NCBI RefSeq assembly: GCF_001194135.2
Contig: NC_068992.1
Location: 31,727,257 to 31,791,256 of the forward strand
Origin: Octopus bimaculoides
Taxonomy: Eukaryota
Direction: 5' to 3'
Length of the DNA stretch: 64,000 bases
Below the pieces are notes generated by a model. That model did no database searches and was not told the origin of the DNA. It was given only the letters and a program-made list of their open reading frames with translations. Numbering within the stretch: the stretch's first letter is position 1; the number at the start of each line of letters is the position of its first letter. The position numbers and the translations under genes are program-made. Positions 11,506-24,796 of the stretch are shown piece after piece.

Positions 11506-14500
11506 AAAATTTTGTAAGAAAAAGCTTTGTAGTTGAACCATTTTCCTTATTTATTTGAATTGCATATATATGCACGCGCACGCGCACATACAATCATGTA
11601 TGTATATGTGATATCATTCTGTAACTTTCCCACAACATGTTTTCTTCAATCTGGTAGCTTGCTGTTGCCTAACAATTATTTAATTATTTCACATATATTT
11701 ATTTGAAATTCGCATGATTCAAATGCATAATGTACCAACGCGGATTAGAATAAACGGAATGTAATAGAAAACAATAAGCATTGATTTACTCTCCTGCTCT
11801 AAATAACCATGCACTTTATTCTACGAGTGTAGAATATAGGGCGTATTAGATTTTCCGATTGATATGTGACAGGCATAATTCAACGAGTGAAAATATAGTT
11901 ATAAAGAACACTGTTTCAATTCATTCACAAGGTTACGATATGATAGAGGAATTTGCATAACGCATTTTACACAGCTGTGACGAAATAATGATTATCATGT
12001 TTTTCGTATAAATGTTTTGTTTCTTTTCGTAGAACAGTAACGGATATTTTCAGTTGAACTTCCTAATGAACTATGGTAGTGATCTCGTGTCGGCCTAATA
12101 GTTTACTTGCATGTTACTACGTATTATCATTCTAGACATAACATGTTTTTATTCAAGTATTTTCTTAATGGATACAGATTGGCTGCGTGCTGCATATATT
12201 ATGTAGCCAGTGCAATTTTGCTTAAATAAGAAAACAATTTCATATAATTCACTTGTCATATGTCCTAGCATGATATGCATATAATAAAATGCATGTATAC
12301 AAATTTGAACATATCAACTTCCATTACAGCTCCCTGCTAAAGAAGTGCCTAAATTATTGAAGAAAAATCGCATTTAAAGTTAAGAAATGCAAACGTAATA
12401 TATTTTAACTTCTTAAGAAACACTTATTGTTGTGACTTACGAAGGGGACAAACTTATCATCTCATCCGGTGTATTAATTTAAATATGATATGGACTGCAT
12501 TGCCTTAGTTTCGCCATGCTAACGTGATTGATACTGATTATATTTTACTTTAATTTTGAGGAGCAACTTGATATGTTAATACACATCAACACTTCATTTA
12601 TGTATATTACGGTAATAAAGAATAAAATAGAAACTCGAAATGTGAAATAGAAATGTATTGAATAATTTGATATTTTCTTACAATCTAGCGTTTCTATACA
12701 TATAGTTTTATATCAGTCAGAATATCTTGAATATCCAATAGAATTTTTTATCATTGTCTGCATTTAAAAGAATGCTTCATGACTCTAATCCTCCTAGTAG
12801 TTTCCAGCTGAATTATATTTATTTGTAAATTAACATAATGACAATAATATTTTCTACGTATTTTAGAGACTATTCCCAGTATGTTGTGTAACAATACAAA
12901 TACTCTCTTCAACGTAAGCTATCGGACTACTTGATATCAGTTTGAGTTTCTCATTACAGAAAAGGCTATACAGCGTAAAAACGGTCATATTTTATTTAAA
13001 ATTATATATTTGAAAATGTGTTTAATATTTTCAAAATGATACCAATGGTCCTTATTAATATGGAGATATTAGGTTTTTCTATATATGCCATTATTTAAGA
13101 TATTTCGTTTCTTATATGTATGTATCACAAGCTTTATGTAACACAATATTATCTGTGTGTTTCATAGATTATTAATTCCCATGCAGTGTGAGAGAATTTT
13201 CTTTATATTAAACATGTACAATAGATGTCATTAACAATTACATATACTCGTTTCTTTTCATGGTTGAAAAGGGGCCACATGAGACGTAAACAGTAATTTT
13301 ATTTTTATATTGCCCTTTTGTAATATATTCACTAATAATTAAGCAATAATATTCTTAAATATATTTTCCGTAGTATGGAATTAGTCTTTTTTTTTAACTC
13401 CTTGAGAAATGTTGGTCCGTATTTATTTTGCGTTCAAAGGTCAATTATTCTACATGCGTTTTCTATTTCGCTGCCTAACGGATATACTATCACGAGATTT
13501 TAGTTTTAGAATTTCTTTACAGGTTGGTGGACTTTGGAAGTCCACCAAGTGGTGGATACATGCATTTGGCAGTGGATGGCGGACATAATATCTGATAATC
13601 AATTATAAAGGCAAGAAACCGGCAGAGCAGTACGGTAGAGGATATAGTGCCTTAAGAAATTTACGGAGTGCGGATAGGAGACTGATATCTACAAGGGCAC
13701 TAACAATACTTGGAATTACATCATTAATGGAAATTGAGTAACGTGAAAAAAAAAAAACTGAATTCAAGATAAGTTTTCTGATCTGTTGAGACAATGTGTC
13801 ATATGAAGCCAGTTGTCGATAGCTGTACCTGTTAAGTGCTTCGGAATGCCTTTATCTATTTAAAGTCTGACTCAGGTTTAAGAGTCCTGGTTTCGAATTA
13901 AACGCAAGCCTGCTATCGAATTAAATGCAACATAATAGAAGACAAAAAGCTCTTAATCTTAACACTTCCTATATATTTCAACAATGAATGTGTAGAACAT
14001 TGAAAAAAATTTAACTAGAAAACACATAATCAGATACAGAGATGAAATACATTATGCCACATGTATGAAGAAGTATATCAAGCTTCTATTACATTAACTA
14101 TGAGAAAATGAAGTAAAAGACTTTGAAACTGTGATGTCCATTTAATGAATACTTTTGAGGAGAGGACTTCCTTCTCCTCCTCATCTTCATTTACCTGCTG
14201 TTAAATATGTAACGTTATATTTAAGAAAAAGAAAATCACTACGATTATTTTGAGGCTAAACTAATGGAAGTATATGATATGCTGACCAACGCAATTAAGA
14301 TTCTCCTGAGATAATAAGGCGTATATGACAGGTTTTATCAAACAATATAAGTTGATGTGCATTCAAAATGTCACACTTTTAGAATCCATAACATAATACA
14401 CAGTATAATGACGAAACATCTGCACTTATGTATGCCTATGTGTATAATAGCATATGTTTGCATGAGTGTTTGTATGTGCGCCAGATGTCATCCAATTCGT

Positions 14501-17500
14501 CTGTTTTAAGGGATTAATGAGTATATATTCGGTGATGTCACGGCTGCGTCACTAGTAGTTTTCCTTGTTTAGTGTTGGCTTTCCGCAGTCATAGATTTGG
14601 TAAAAGATAGCTCACACGTAGCACTGAAAACATAAACTATAGAATATAAACGAATAATAAACAAACGAGTGTGCATTTCACAGTTAAGCATTTCATATGT
14701 AGAGGAGGGTTTGTTCAGTACTGCTTCATAGCTAACATATAAATTATGCACTGCGAAATCACTGATGAGTAAATAATTCATTCTTAATAATTTCCTGGAA
14801 TTCATGGATTTTAACAATAGAAAAATATATATATTCAAGTTGTAAAATATATGTTTAGCACCAAGCGAAGTCATCGTAGCTTGCATTAATGTTACACGAT
14901 TGGAAAGTGTAACCGCTCATCATTCGGCAATTGTCTGAAATACAGCTATGGAAAATAGATATAGAATAAACATGATTATATAATTTTCATGGAAAGCTAT
15001 TTCAAAAATAAAGGAGTATAAATATCCAGGGTGTGGAGGAGTAGCGTTCACATACTGGATAATAACAGAAATATATGACATTTAATAGTAATAACGTATT
15101 GATCAAAACATAGATTATCAGAGTAAGTGTGTGGTTAACGTCTTTTGAAACAGAGAGGTTACGAATAAGAGCAAATGGCGAATGGATAGCGTAGAGGATT
15201 GGTAGAATAAAATATCGAATAAAAAAGATGAAATGTCTGAGCAAACTAGGTTGACATAGAATTTGAAAATTTGAAACTAGAAAATACTAAGCATTTGATG
15301 GAATAACATACTGTTCGTTTAACTATGGACAAACCAGTAAGTCGTTAATATTGCAAAGACGAAAACCGATATATTTATTTTGATGGGATTAAATAAAATA
15401 CGTTATAATAAAGAAACGAAATAAATACATCACACTTTCTGGGTTGTTTGGACCGCAAGAACTAATGTTACATTATATAACAAAATTGATGAATATATAT
15501 TGTTAATATGTATTTCTTCTGGACTTAATTTCAGATACAGAAGCAGACCTGTTATGCATTCTGTTAACTGTACTACTACCGTTCACAGTGAAGCATTCAT
15601 ATACCATTGGCGAACCTTTTACTCTTCTGACTAACCTGTAGAGTTTCATGAATAATTTATTACTCTAAATCTATCTCCCGGGAGGTGTCACGGATAAAAT
15701 ACCGTCTCAAATATTGGCGTCTACTGAATATACGCATTTAATTTATAAATCTAACATTATTGAATATTTTCTGGGCTCAATTTTCGCCGAGATCGACAGT
15801 TGTTTTCATTCTTTTGCGGTCGATGAAATAATAACCAGTTGAACAAAGGTATGGATGTATTCGACTTAACCGATCCACCGAAGTTGCTGCAGGTCTACCA
15901 AAATTTGAAAGCAATATATAAAGTTTCAGATTATCAAATACACTGGTAGTCACAAACCTGTTGTTTGAAAGGTCGTATATTGTTTTTAGTATACTTGGAT
16001 TGGAATTTTCATTTGTATTCTTTTTACATTAGAACAATAGTACGCATGTGGATTAAACTAATAAGGAAAACTGAAAGTTAGACTTAAAAAAAAAACACGT
16101 CTTCCCATTGAATGATGTGAACAAAATATTGAGGCATTTATTCAAAACTGTTTACTCTTTGATGTACAGTCGAAACTCTCGAATCTTACCTAACTTAAAT
16201 AATTCTAGAAAGGATTGTCATCTATAAGAAACTTGAGCACAAGGGATAAGATCATATGTTCGAACTGCTCTAGTTGCGTTTTTTTTTAATATCCACTAAA
16301 CATGGGCAACATTACTCGCGTTGAAATAGAATTTTAAAAAAATATCTATTGTAACTCATCTCTCCGGATACAACAATATGAAATACCAGTTCACTACTTC
16401 TATCTGCAGTCATAAGAGTATACAAAACCGGCTTGTAAATTTTTTCGTAGAGATCATTGTAATTGAATCTATATAATGAGAGCTTTTGAAAGACTTGATC
16501 TTAAATTATTAGCCTGCTGTTAATAAACTCTATCCGTTCTCTCTCTGGCTCTCACTCTCCATCAGGCTATCTATCTGTCTATGTATCTCTGCCTCTCTCA
16601 TTCTTTCTTTCTTTCTTATTGGTGAACAATTGACGATCTGACACGAAAAAACTGAAAATCGGGAACGCCTTTCAAATAAACACTTTTCTATTTATATGGC
16701 ATGTCTAATATCATAAGATACAGAAGTTTGCGAAGTTTAGCTTGCCTCAAATTAATAAGTGCGGGTGATTCTAGAAAGGGATGAAATAGCTGTAAACATA
16801 GCTATCAACAAGAAACTACAATCTTATAGATTGTAGTAAAAAATATAAATGCTATCACTCCATAAAACATCCTTGCTCTTTGATGAACATTCCAGTCATT
16901 TTAGTTCATATCACATCGATTTAACTTAAGATAGGAATTGCGTGCACTATGATACTTGATCACCAGGATTATACCATATGATTATACTAATACCAAAGTT
17001 TTGGTAAAAGGAAAATATATTTCAAATATAAAGTAGCAAGAAGATGTGAGCACTTACTGATTTTCTTATCTATGAATCTTCCCAATTCAAAATTCTTAAT
17101 TATTGCTTCAATAAAAGCGATCCATATGTGCACTGAAGACCATAGAGAGAAAACAGCATAAAATCTATTCCTAAATCGGTTCAGAGACCATTAATAAAAT
17201 AACATACTGTTACGTATGGAATTGTAAGTACCTGATGCTTATATAAATGGACTTGTTTGAAAACTATTTATAAACTGCCTACAGGTTCCTATCGAGACAT
17301 AGGTACAGAAGAGAGACGAATGTTTATTTTTTTCATTCAACACATTATTTGTGTACCTAATACACGCACATTAGATATAAAGAATATATTTTAAATGCAA
17401 AACGCTTTGAAAAAAGAAGCATCTTTGAATTTGCATAAATCTAAAAATGAATTGTACGAGAAATAAATGCAAAAAAGACAAGTAAAATAAATGAATTTGT

Positions 17501-17633
17501 TTCTGAAGTAAATCATTATATATACATGTGTGTAATATAGGATGTCCGTGCAACATGCCAGGTCCTCCAAAAGAATCAAATTTAAATGAATAATAAAGAT
17601 AATAATTCAAAAATTGAACGATGTGAACATCAG

Positions 17634-17676
<43 letters not shown>

Positions 17677-17698
17677 CAGTAGCAGCTCGGTTTTCGAA

Positions 17699-19451
17699 AA
17701 GCTTGTTTATTTATTGCCCACACTGGGCCAACGTAGAGGCGACACTACAGCCTGATTTGGGGTCAGACACAAAATGACGTTTAAAAAATTACAATATCGA
17801 ATGGAAAATCGGATAGAAACACAAATTACAAAACAAATTGACAAACATAAAAACGAGGCAAGACAACAGGTTTTAGCTCCGACCCCACGAGCCCTGTTCC
17901 ACTACCGACACCTTTTGGTAATCCTTATGACATGTTTACGCAGTGTCTTTCACACATAACATTCGTGCTACACGTGTCCATCTGTCTTTGTACGTTCTCG
18001 CTGACAGGCATCCCCTCTCTAGCCCCCTTTCATTTTCAGGTGAAAAATCTCACCAAAGTGAGGCCAGAGATGAAGCTGCTTGTCACCAATCCTTTCATTC
18101 TCGACCTCTATATCACCTCTTTCGTGATTGTTACGACGACGAGAAACCAATTCTTACCTTCTTTCATAAGGAAATCCGTGACTCAGACGACAGCTGTACT
18201 ACTCTTGCATCTAACAGAGGTGTTCTGCAAAAACCTACACTTCTCACACTTCCGGACACTGAAAAATCGCGTCCAGAATGTTTTCGCTGTCCTGCTTGCA
18301 TCTTGCACAGGCCGATGAGCCGGGATGGCTTTGTCTAGTGGGCTTATTCCGAACGGCTAAGGCTCCTTGGTAGCACAGCTAGGCCAGAGACTTTTGGAAG
18401 TTATCCAGTGTCTTCTGCCCGAATGTCCTTTGAAACAGACTATCTAACTGATTATTATCGAGACCCAGGGTCTGCCCAAGGGTGTTGTCACATCCAGCCT
18501 CTACCGACCTGCTATAAAAAATGAGGTTGTACCATAACTGCTGGCATTGCCCGTGTAATGGCACACCATATACCAAGTACCAAACCTCGAACTTCGACGA
18601 AACTAGCTTTTACGTCCACCAAAACTAATGAACCTGGGAAACAACCGTTTCACGAGCGGAGACCACACCTGTTCACCATCAAGTTAAAGCCATAGTTACC
18701 TCAACCTCAACACCTGTTTGCGCATCAACAGCCACAGCATCCTTAGTCCACCCTTTAACGGTTTTTGACAGCAGGTAGAACATCTCACAAGTGGAGTCAA
18801 GCCCTTCCACAAGAAGTAGATCTATCTCTCCAAATTGCTCAATCACGAATCTGGACTAGGAACGACGGTTACGCAGTAAATGATGACAGATACGGTGAAC
18901 ACATTGGCCACCTCCACCCTCCCATTCAATGATAGCCATTATTTTATGGTCTTCCTGCATTTCTGTTAATTTTTTTTTTAACCTTTCCTCCCGCTGCTGC
19001 TGCGAAATCTACCTTTCTTGAGGTCTCTTCATTGCCAGGATTGCTACCCCAATATTTCTTATACTGTGCAGTTTTTCTAGTGAGTTTTCTCTTTTGTTTC
19101 CTTACAACTAGTGTACGTCTTTCTTGTGAGTCGTCTTCCGACAGACACAACTCTGGAGTATTTAGGTTTTCCATTTTCAAAAAATGGCGCAAACAATATT
19201 TTTCAAAGCAGTTTTTTGGCTTACGCCGCACAAAAATATTCTGCTTCCACAGAAAAAGAATACTTATTTCCCCGCGCGGGGTAATTTCCAATAACTTACT
19301 TTTAAACAAAGCAACAACCAGTCTGTTTTTTTTCTTTGTTTTTTTTTACAATTCAACAATTCTCCTAACAATGAACAACAAACTTCCTCCTTGCACAACT
19401 CAACAGCCATACAGTAAATAATTCACATAGAAGGACGAGACAAACTAGTAA
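17699..19451 (-). mobile_element. Tx1/L1-clade LINE 'B', internally deleted: putative 5'UTR and ORF1 N-terminus joined to the 3' part of ORF2 and the 3'UTR
   Basis: 18700-18945 resembles element A (LSLNGRVEVANVF); ORF2 remnant at 18379-18576; tail GCCCAGTGTGGGCAATAAATAAAC; flanked by CGGTTTTCGAA at 17688-98 and 19452-62; ORF1 assignment of 18944-19174 (KVDFAAAAGGK) is tentative. Confidence 0.75.
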
Positions 19452-19468
19452 CGGTTTTCGAACAACTC

Positions 19469-20965
19469 ATTCTTTTTTATTCTCCAGAGTGGGCTATATA
19501 AAGACTTGTTTTACAGCACAAATATAAAATCGGGGAATTAAATACACAAGTAGGAAATCGAGTAAAGAAGATAAAATAAAAGAAACGAATGAAAGTATGA
19601 AAAGTGATATAATGAAACGCAATTCTCACTTTACCTCCCATGTCGAGTGGTTACATCTACAGACGTTCACATTTTTTCCATTTTTTTAAAAGAAAATGTT
19701 CAAATTTTTATCATCTTTTTTTAAAATTGTTCATGTTATATTTAATATTCCATGTCTGAAGTTTTAAAACTTTGAAAGTGCCAGCACAGGCGGCATTGCA
19801 TTAAACAACACCGGCCCGATAGTCATCGTAACCAATCTACGATAAGAACTTTAAAACAATGTCGTACCTTTCGTCGTTTAACAGCACACATCTCTCATTT
19901 TCCCCGAACTTCTCTTTGGGCAGTTTCACCCTTATAAAATCCTTCCACTTAGATATATGTTTCTCCACCACTACACACTTCTTGTAATAAATCATGAATC
20001 CCTTATTCTTGTAATCCTCCTCCTCTTCCGGTTACTTCTCTACTTCCCGCGCAAGCTTAGACGGCTCTTCATTTCTTTTGGTACTCTTCTCAACTTCTAC
20101 TGCCGATCCTTGTGAGTGTTCTCTAGATCTTCCTATTTTTTCTTCTTTTGGGGCTGACAAACTCGTTACTTCCCCTCCTTTGCCGCTTTTTTTCTACCTT
20201 CCTTCTCTTTTGTTTTACTTCGTTTCAGTTTCTTCCTCCATCTTCATTTTTCGTTCTTTATCTTCTACCTTATCACCCTCCTTCGTATGCTCACTCTGCG
20301 TATACTCGTACATGGAGCATTTTGTCTTCATATGATCCCTCACACCACAAATGTAGCAATCGGGTCTATGTCCTTCCACAATCACCTACAGAGAACTCTC
20401 CCCAACAAACTCAATCTGGTAGGTAACCCTTTCTGTATCTTCAAATGTGGCAAAAAGCCGCATCCTCATCAGTTCAGCATATTTGACCTTCCTACAGGTC
20501 TAAGTTCCAGCTTGTCCTCAGTGGAAGCCAGAAGAGCTGACACCAGCAACTCTGTTTTAATTTCGGGTGGCACTCTCACTACCCTGATCCAAACACTGCG
20601 CCTTCCCCTATACGTGGGTAGCAGCGTCACCTTGTCCGACCACAGGATGGTGGTGGAGCGTGAGGCCGCCTCCTCGTTGGTGGCAAATCTCACCTCTACA
20701 GTGTCATACCTCCTCCCTCTGCTAACAAATGTCGCATTCTTCATTCTGTCTCGTACATATTCCTCAACATCTTCGCCAGACAGCTTCTCCATTTTGTTTG
20801 TGGAGATCGCTTGTGTGGAGAAAAGAGTACTTAACAATAACAGCAGCAAATAACAATACGCACAAGTCAATTCGACAGTAACAATAACAGTAATAGCAAC
20901 AGCAAGTCGCAAAGACACAACGTTCCTTTATCGCACCATGGTCAAAAATTACTAACTCCTCACTT
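19469..20965 (-). mobile_element. Tx1/L1-clade LINE 'C': 5'UTR, ORF1 and 3' end, ORF2 almost absent
   Basis: ORF1-like FVSRGRRYDTVEVRF..RVVRVPPEI and gag-type knuckle VEGHRPDCYICGVRDHMKTKC; tail ATAGCCCACTCTGGAGAATAAA; flanked by GGTTTTCGAA at 19453-62 and 20966-75. Confidence 0.75.
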
Positions 20966-21132
20966 GGTTTTCGAACGCCTCTAATCACGAGTAAATCGTG
21001 CTTTTCACACACACCATATATGTGTGTGGTATATATATATATACATAAATAAAGCACGATTTATTCGTGATCAGAGGCGTCGGAAGCCGAGGTGCTACTG
21101 TATTAAATGAATATTGAGAAAGACAGGGGGAT

Positions 21133-21182
21133 AAAGTACGATTAATTCGTGATGAGAGTTGTTCGAAAACCGAGATTCTACT
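21133..21182. repeat. Orphan variant copy of the MITE terminal inverted repeat
   Basis: AAAGTACGATTAATTCGTGATGAGAGTTGTTCGAAAACCGAGATTCTACT aligns to 21051-21100. Confidence 0.75.
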
Positions 21183-21203
21183 CTCTCTCTCTCTCTCTCT
21201 CTC

Positions 21204-21249
<46 letters not shown>

Positions 21250-21619
21250 GTTTTCTATCAGTAATTAGAAATAGGACAAGGTGAATTGGTTCTTTTCATG
21301 GCCAAGGTCAGCGCACTCATTGATCGCTAGTAGTAGTAAACACATTTGACCTCTGCTGACTCCAATGGTGTGAGGCGGCTTTTGTTTCTTCTGCCACATT
21401 ATCGCACAGGAATAACCATTTCTGATCGCTTCACCATCTGCCGAATATATCTACAGAGCTGTTGAATTTAATCTCGTCACCAAGTTGTATCGCTTGCTAA
21501 TACTATTCCCTTAAACACTCACATATTTATGATCATCTCAAGCACATGTGAAAAGTTGAAACTAAACAACAATCAATAATGCTTTTTAATAATAAATGGA
21601 AATAATAATAATAATAATA

Positions 21620-21930
21620 AATTCGTTTTATTGGCCACAAGGGCTAATATCAATTAAAAACATATAAGGACAAAGACAGGACGAAGGTTACAAAAGGTTT
21701 TGTCCGAAAAGGTAGGAAAGTTCGTCTAAACAGAGGAAGAAAACGGAGAAAGATATAATGAATAAATAGATAAATAAATAGATAAATAAATAAGTAGAAA
21801 TCCCCGAAGGGGGAGGCGCTTCGAAAAAGTAAAGGTTACACGTGGAAAAACCCATAAAACCACGGGTGCCTGGTCAGAAAAAAAAATAAGAAAGGGGTAT
21901 AGAGCCCTTTCTCCTTTTACATTACCTTCT
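21620..21930 (-). mobile_element. Putative LINE 3'UTR fragment 'D' (Tx1-like tail) in a degenerate (AAT)n tract
   Basis: Minus-strand end TATTAGCCCTTGTGGCCAATAAAACGAA resembles the A, B and SINE tails; no coding sequence, so family assignment is inferred. Confidence 0.5.
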
Positions 21931-22129
21931 TTTTTTTTCAATAATGATGGTAATAATGATAATAGCAATAATTTAACCAAACTCATGTCGGATCAGAGAA
22001 AATATTAACGATGACAAATGGTAGTAAATAAATGAAAATAATAATATCGGTGATGATGATGACGATGATGATGATGTGGATAATGATTGGAAACGGTTTG
22101 AATCACCCTATGCTATTATTGATAATATA

Positions 22130-24689
22130 TCTAGTGATGGTGTCACAATAAGAACACTGGTAATTGCGCAACATGACAATTGCTACCTCATATGGCTGAC
22201 AATGAAAAAAACAAAATATTGTGAATAAAGGTGGTAATGAAACTGAAGCACTTGATGGTGACAATGTTACACCCGGCAGTCTGAGAGATACTGGTCCAAC
22301 TCCAGTCTGTCATTATCCAAAAAGGGTCCAGCACACATGACATGGATGGCACAAACGAATCAATTCTGTGTTCATGAAGTGTTACTACTTGCGCAATCCT
22401 GTAGACGAAAATGGTGTTCATCTTAGGGGATACCCGTAACGTATGTATGATCAATAGAGAAAAAAAGGATTGTTTCGACTCGCGGAACAGAGATTATGTG
22501 ATCAAGTAGGAGCAATAAAAAAAAATATCGTTGTTTCACGGATGTAGAGCTCCAAGCTATCAAAAGACGGGTATTTGACAACAGCACCGGGGGAAACGAT
22601 GAAAATACAGTTCCTACTGATAAAAGTAATCTCATCTCAGAAAGCAGAGGTAAAATCTTTAATAAATCACATGAAAGAAACGGTGAAAGCTCGCTCGATG
22701 GGAGACATAGAGATGGTTTGGAAGAAGACAGTAAAACTAATGGCGACATGACACATGGGCAAAAATCGATCTACGACAAAATAAAGACAAGGCTACAGGA
22801 GAACGATAGCGACATTATTTGAAAACTTAAAGAAGTCAATCGGTGGAAATTGAACTAAGAAACGGAAAATGTCAATGAAATTCTGAAATACATCAGAACA
22901 AAAAACATCACAGGTACAATTAATTTGTCAAGGCAGCAAGTATTGTCGTAACAGAAAGTGTGAGTGTTGATATCAAGAAAAAGAAATCAACTGGATGAAA
23001 AAAATTGGTAAATGTCATGCATGGATAGGTGCAAAGCACAACACCCTGTTAAATGCCGACCAAGTAATACCAGAGCAGTTGACAAGGAGCAGGACAATGC
23101 TGTGATTGGAAAACATCGGAAAATGCAAAACGGTATCCTGCTTGAAAATATTTTGGAAATTATTGACTGGAATAGTCGCAGAGTCAATTTACGAACATCT
23201 GGAAAAAAATGGAGTCCTGCCACATGAGCAGAAAGATTGCATGTGTAAGTCCAAAAGTACCAACGATCAACTCTTGGTAGACGATAGGGATTTAGAGTTT
23301 GCAAGTGGAGGAAAACTAACTTAGCCATGTCATGGACAGATTATCGTAAGGCGTACGATATAATCCCACGTTCTTGGATTATGGAATGTATGAACCTGTT
23401 TGGTATTGCATCGAATGTTGAGCGATTGCTTGGAAAATGCATGGCGAAGTGGACGAGGGAACTTACAGCATATGGAAGAAGTTTATGGAAAATAGAATCC
23501 AAGAGATGCATCTTCCAAGGAGATTGTTTGTCCCCACTATTCTTTGTACTGTGTATGATACAACTGACAAAAACCTGAGGATATCGAAGACTGGGCATCT
23601 ATTCAAGAGTCGTCAACAAAAAGTCAATCACTTCTTATTCATAGATGACCTCAACCGTTATGGTAAAAATGAATTCAAAGTCAATTGCCTCGTTGATACG
23701 GTGTATACTTCAATGGTGATATCAGAATGCATTTCGGATTGAAAATGTGTGATGTGTTAGTCTTGAAGTGAGGCAAAACCAAACGTAGAAACGGGTTAGC
23801 GATCCCGTCAGTGGGGATGATGTACAAGATAGAAGAAACGGACTGTAAGTACTTGAAAATATTTGGAAATGATAAATTGATGGAGAAAGAAATGGCATAA
23901 AAAGTTAAGGTAGTTTACTTGCGCAAACGGTCAATGTACTTAAATCGAAATTAAACGGACGGAATACGATTGAAGCTATCAACACCTGGGCGGTTTCATG
24001 CTTTAGATATGTAGCAAGAGTAACTGTATGGACAGCAGAGGAACGTAACAGCTTAGACAAAAAGACAAGAAAGTTTCTGACTAGATTACTCAAGCCAAGA
24101 GTGATACAGACAGATTGCATGTACAAGAAAAAGATGGGCAGAGGATTGATTCGATGCGAACACATGATTAGAGCAAAGAAAACAACATAGCATGGTATGT
24201 AAAAAATGTCACAGAACCACTATTGTTGCAAGCAAAAATGTCTGGCGTGTGTAGGATGGAAGATTGCACAGATAATGCCCTGTAAAAGCACTTGGGAATG
24301 ACTGACACTGAAAATAGGTGGGTAAAGAAAAGAATGCATGGACTATTGAAAAAGAAAGCATACGATGCGGGATTATAGATATAGCATGCCCAGCTGGAGG
24401 AAAGAAAGTCGAACAATATGATAGGTTAGCGAGAGAGATGAAGCAGTTGTGTTCAATGAAAAGGTGGTAGAAGTAGCAATAATTGTCGGGGCCCTGGGAA
24501 AAATGAGTACAAATCTTGAGAAGCACATGGAACAAAAAGGGGCTGCAATATGGGTGGAGCACTTGCAGAAAACAGCACTCCTTAGAACTGCTCGCATACT
24601 CCGGATGGTGCTCGAAAAATAAGAGGTGTTTCCTTAGTTCACTGGTAGTAGACAGCTTGCACCGTAGTACATCTCCAGCGTGAACAGAC

Positions 24690-24690
<1 letters not shown>
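22130..24690 (+). mobile_element. R4/Dong-like RLE non-LTR retrotransposon, decayed, with (AAT)n tail
   Basis: N-terminal MKCYYLRNPVDENG and AEQRLCDQVGAIKK; RT MSWTDYRKAYD, IFQGDCLSPLFF, FLFIDD; C-terminal IIVGALG..LQKTALLRTARILRMVLEK*; (AAT)n follows at about 24688-24760. Confidence 0.85.
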
Positions 24691-24759
<69 letters not shown>

Positions 24760-24796
24760 GGAGGAGGAGGAGGAAGAGCAGTAGTAGTAGTAGTAA

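Larger units (their letters stand above)
17677..21100. mobile_element. Short TA-flanked MITE (Tc1/mariner superfamily, pogo/Tigger-like TIRs) split by two LINE insertions
   Basis: TA at 17675-76 then CAGTAGCAGCTCGGTTTTCGAA (17677-17698), continuing at 20976 CGCCTCTAATCACGAGTAAATCGTGCTTT; right TIR at 21051-21100 is its reverse complement with about 6 differences in 51 nt, followed by TA at 21101-02. Confidence 0.85.
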
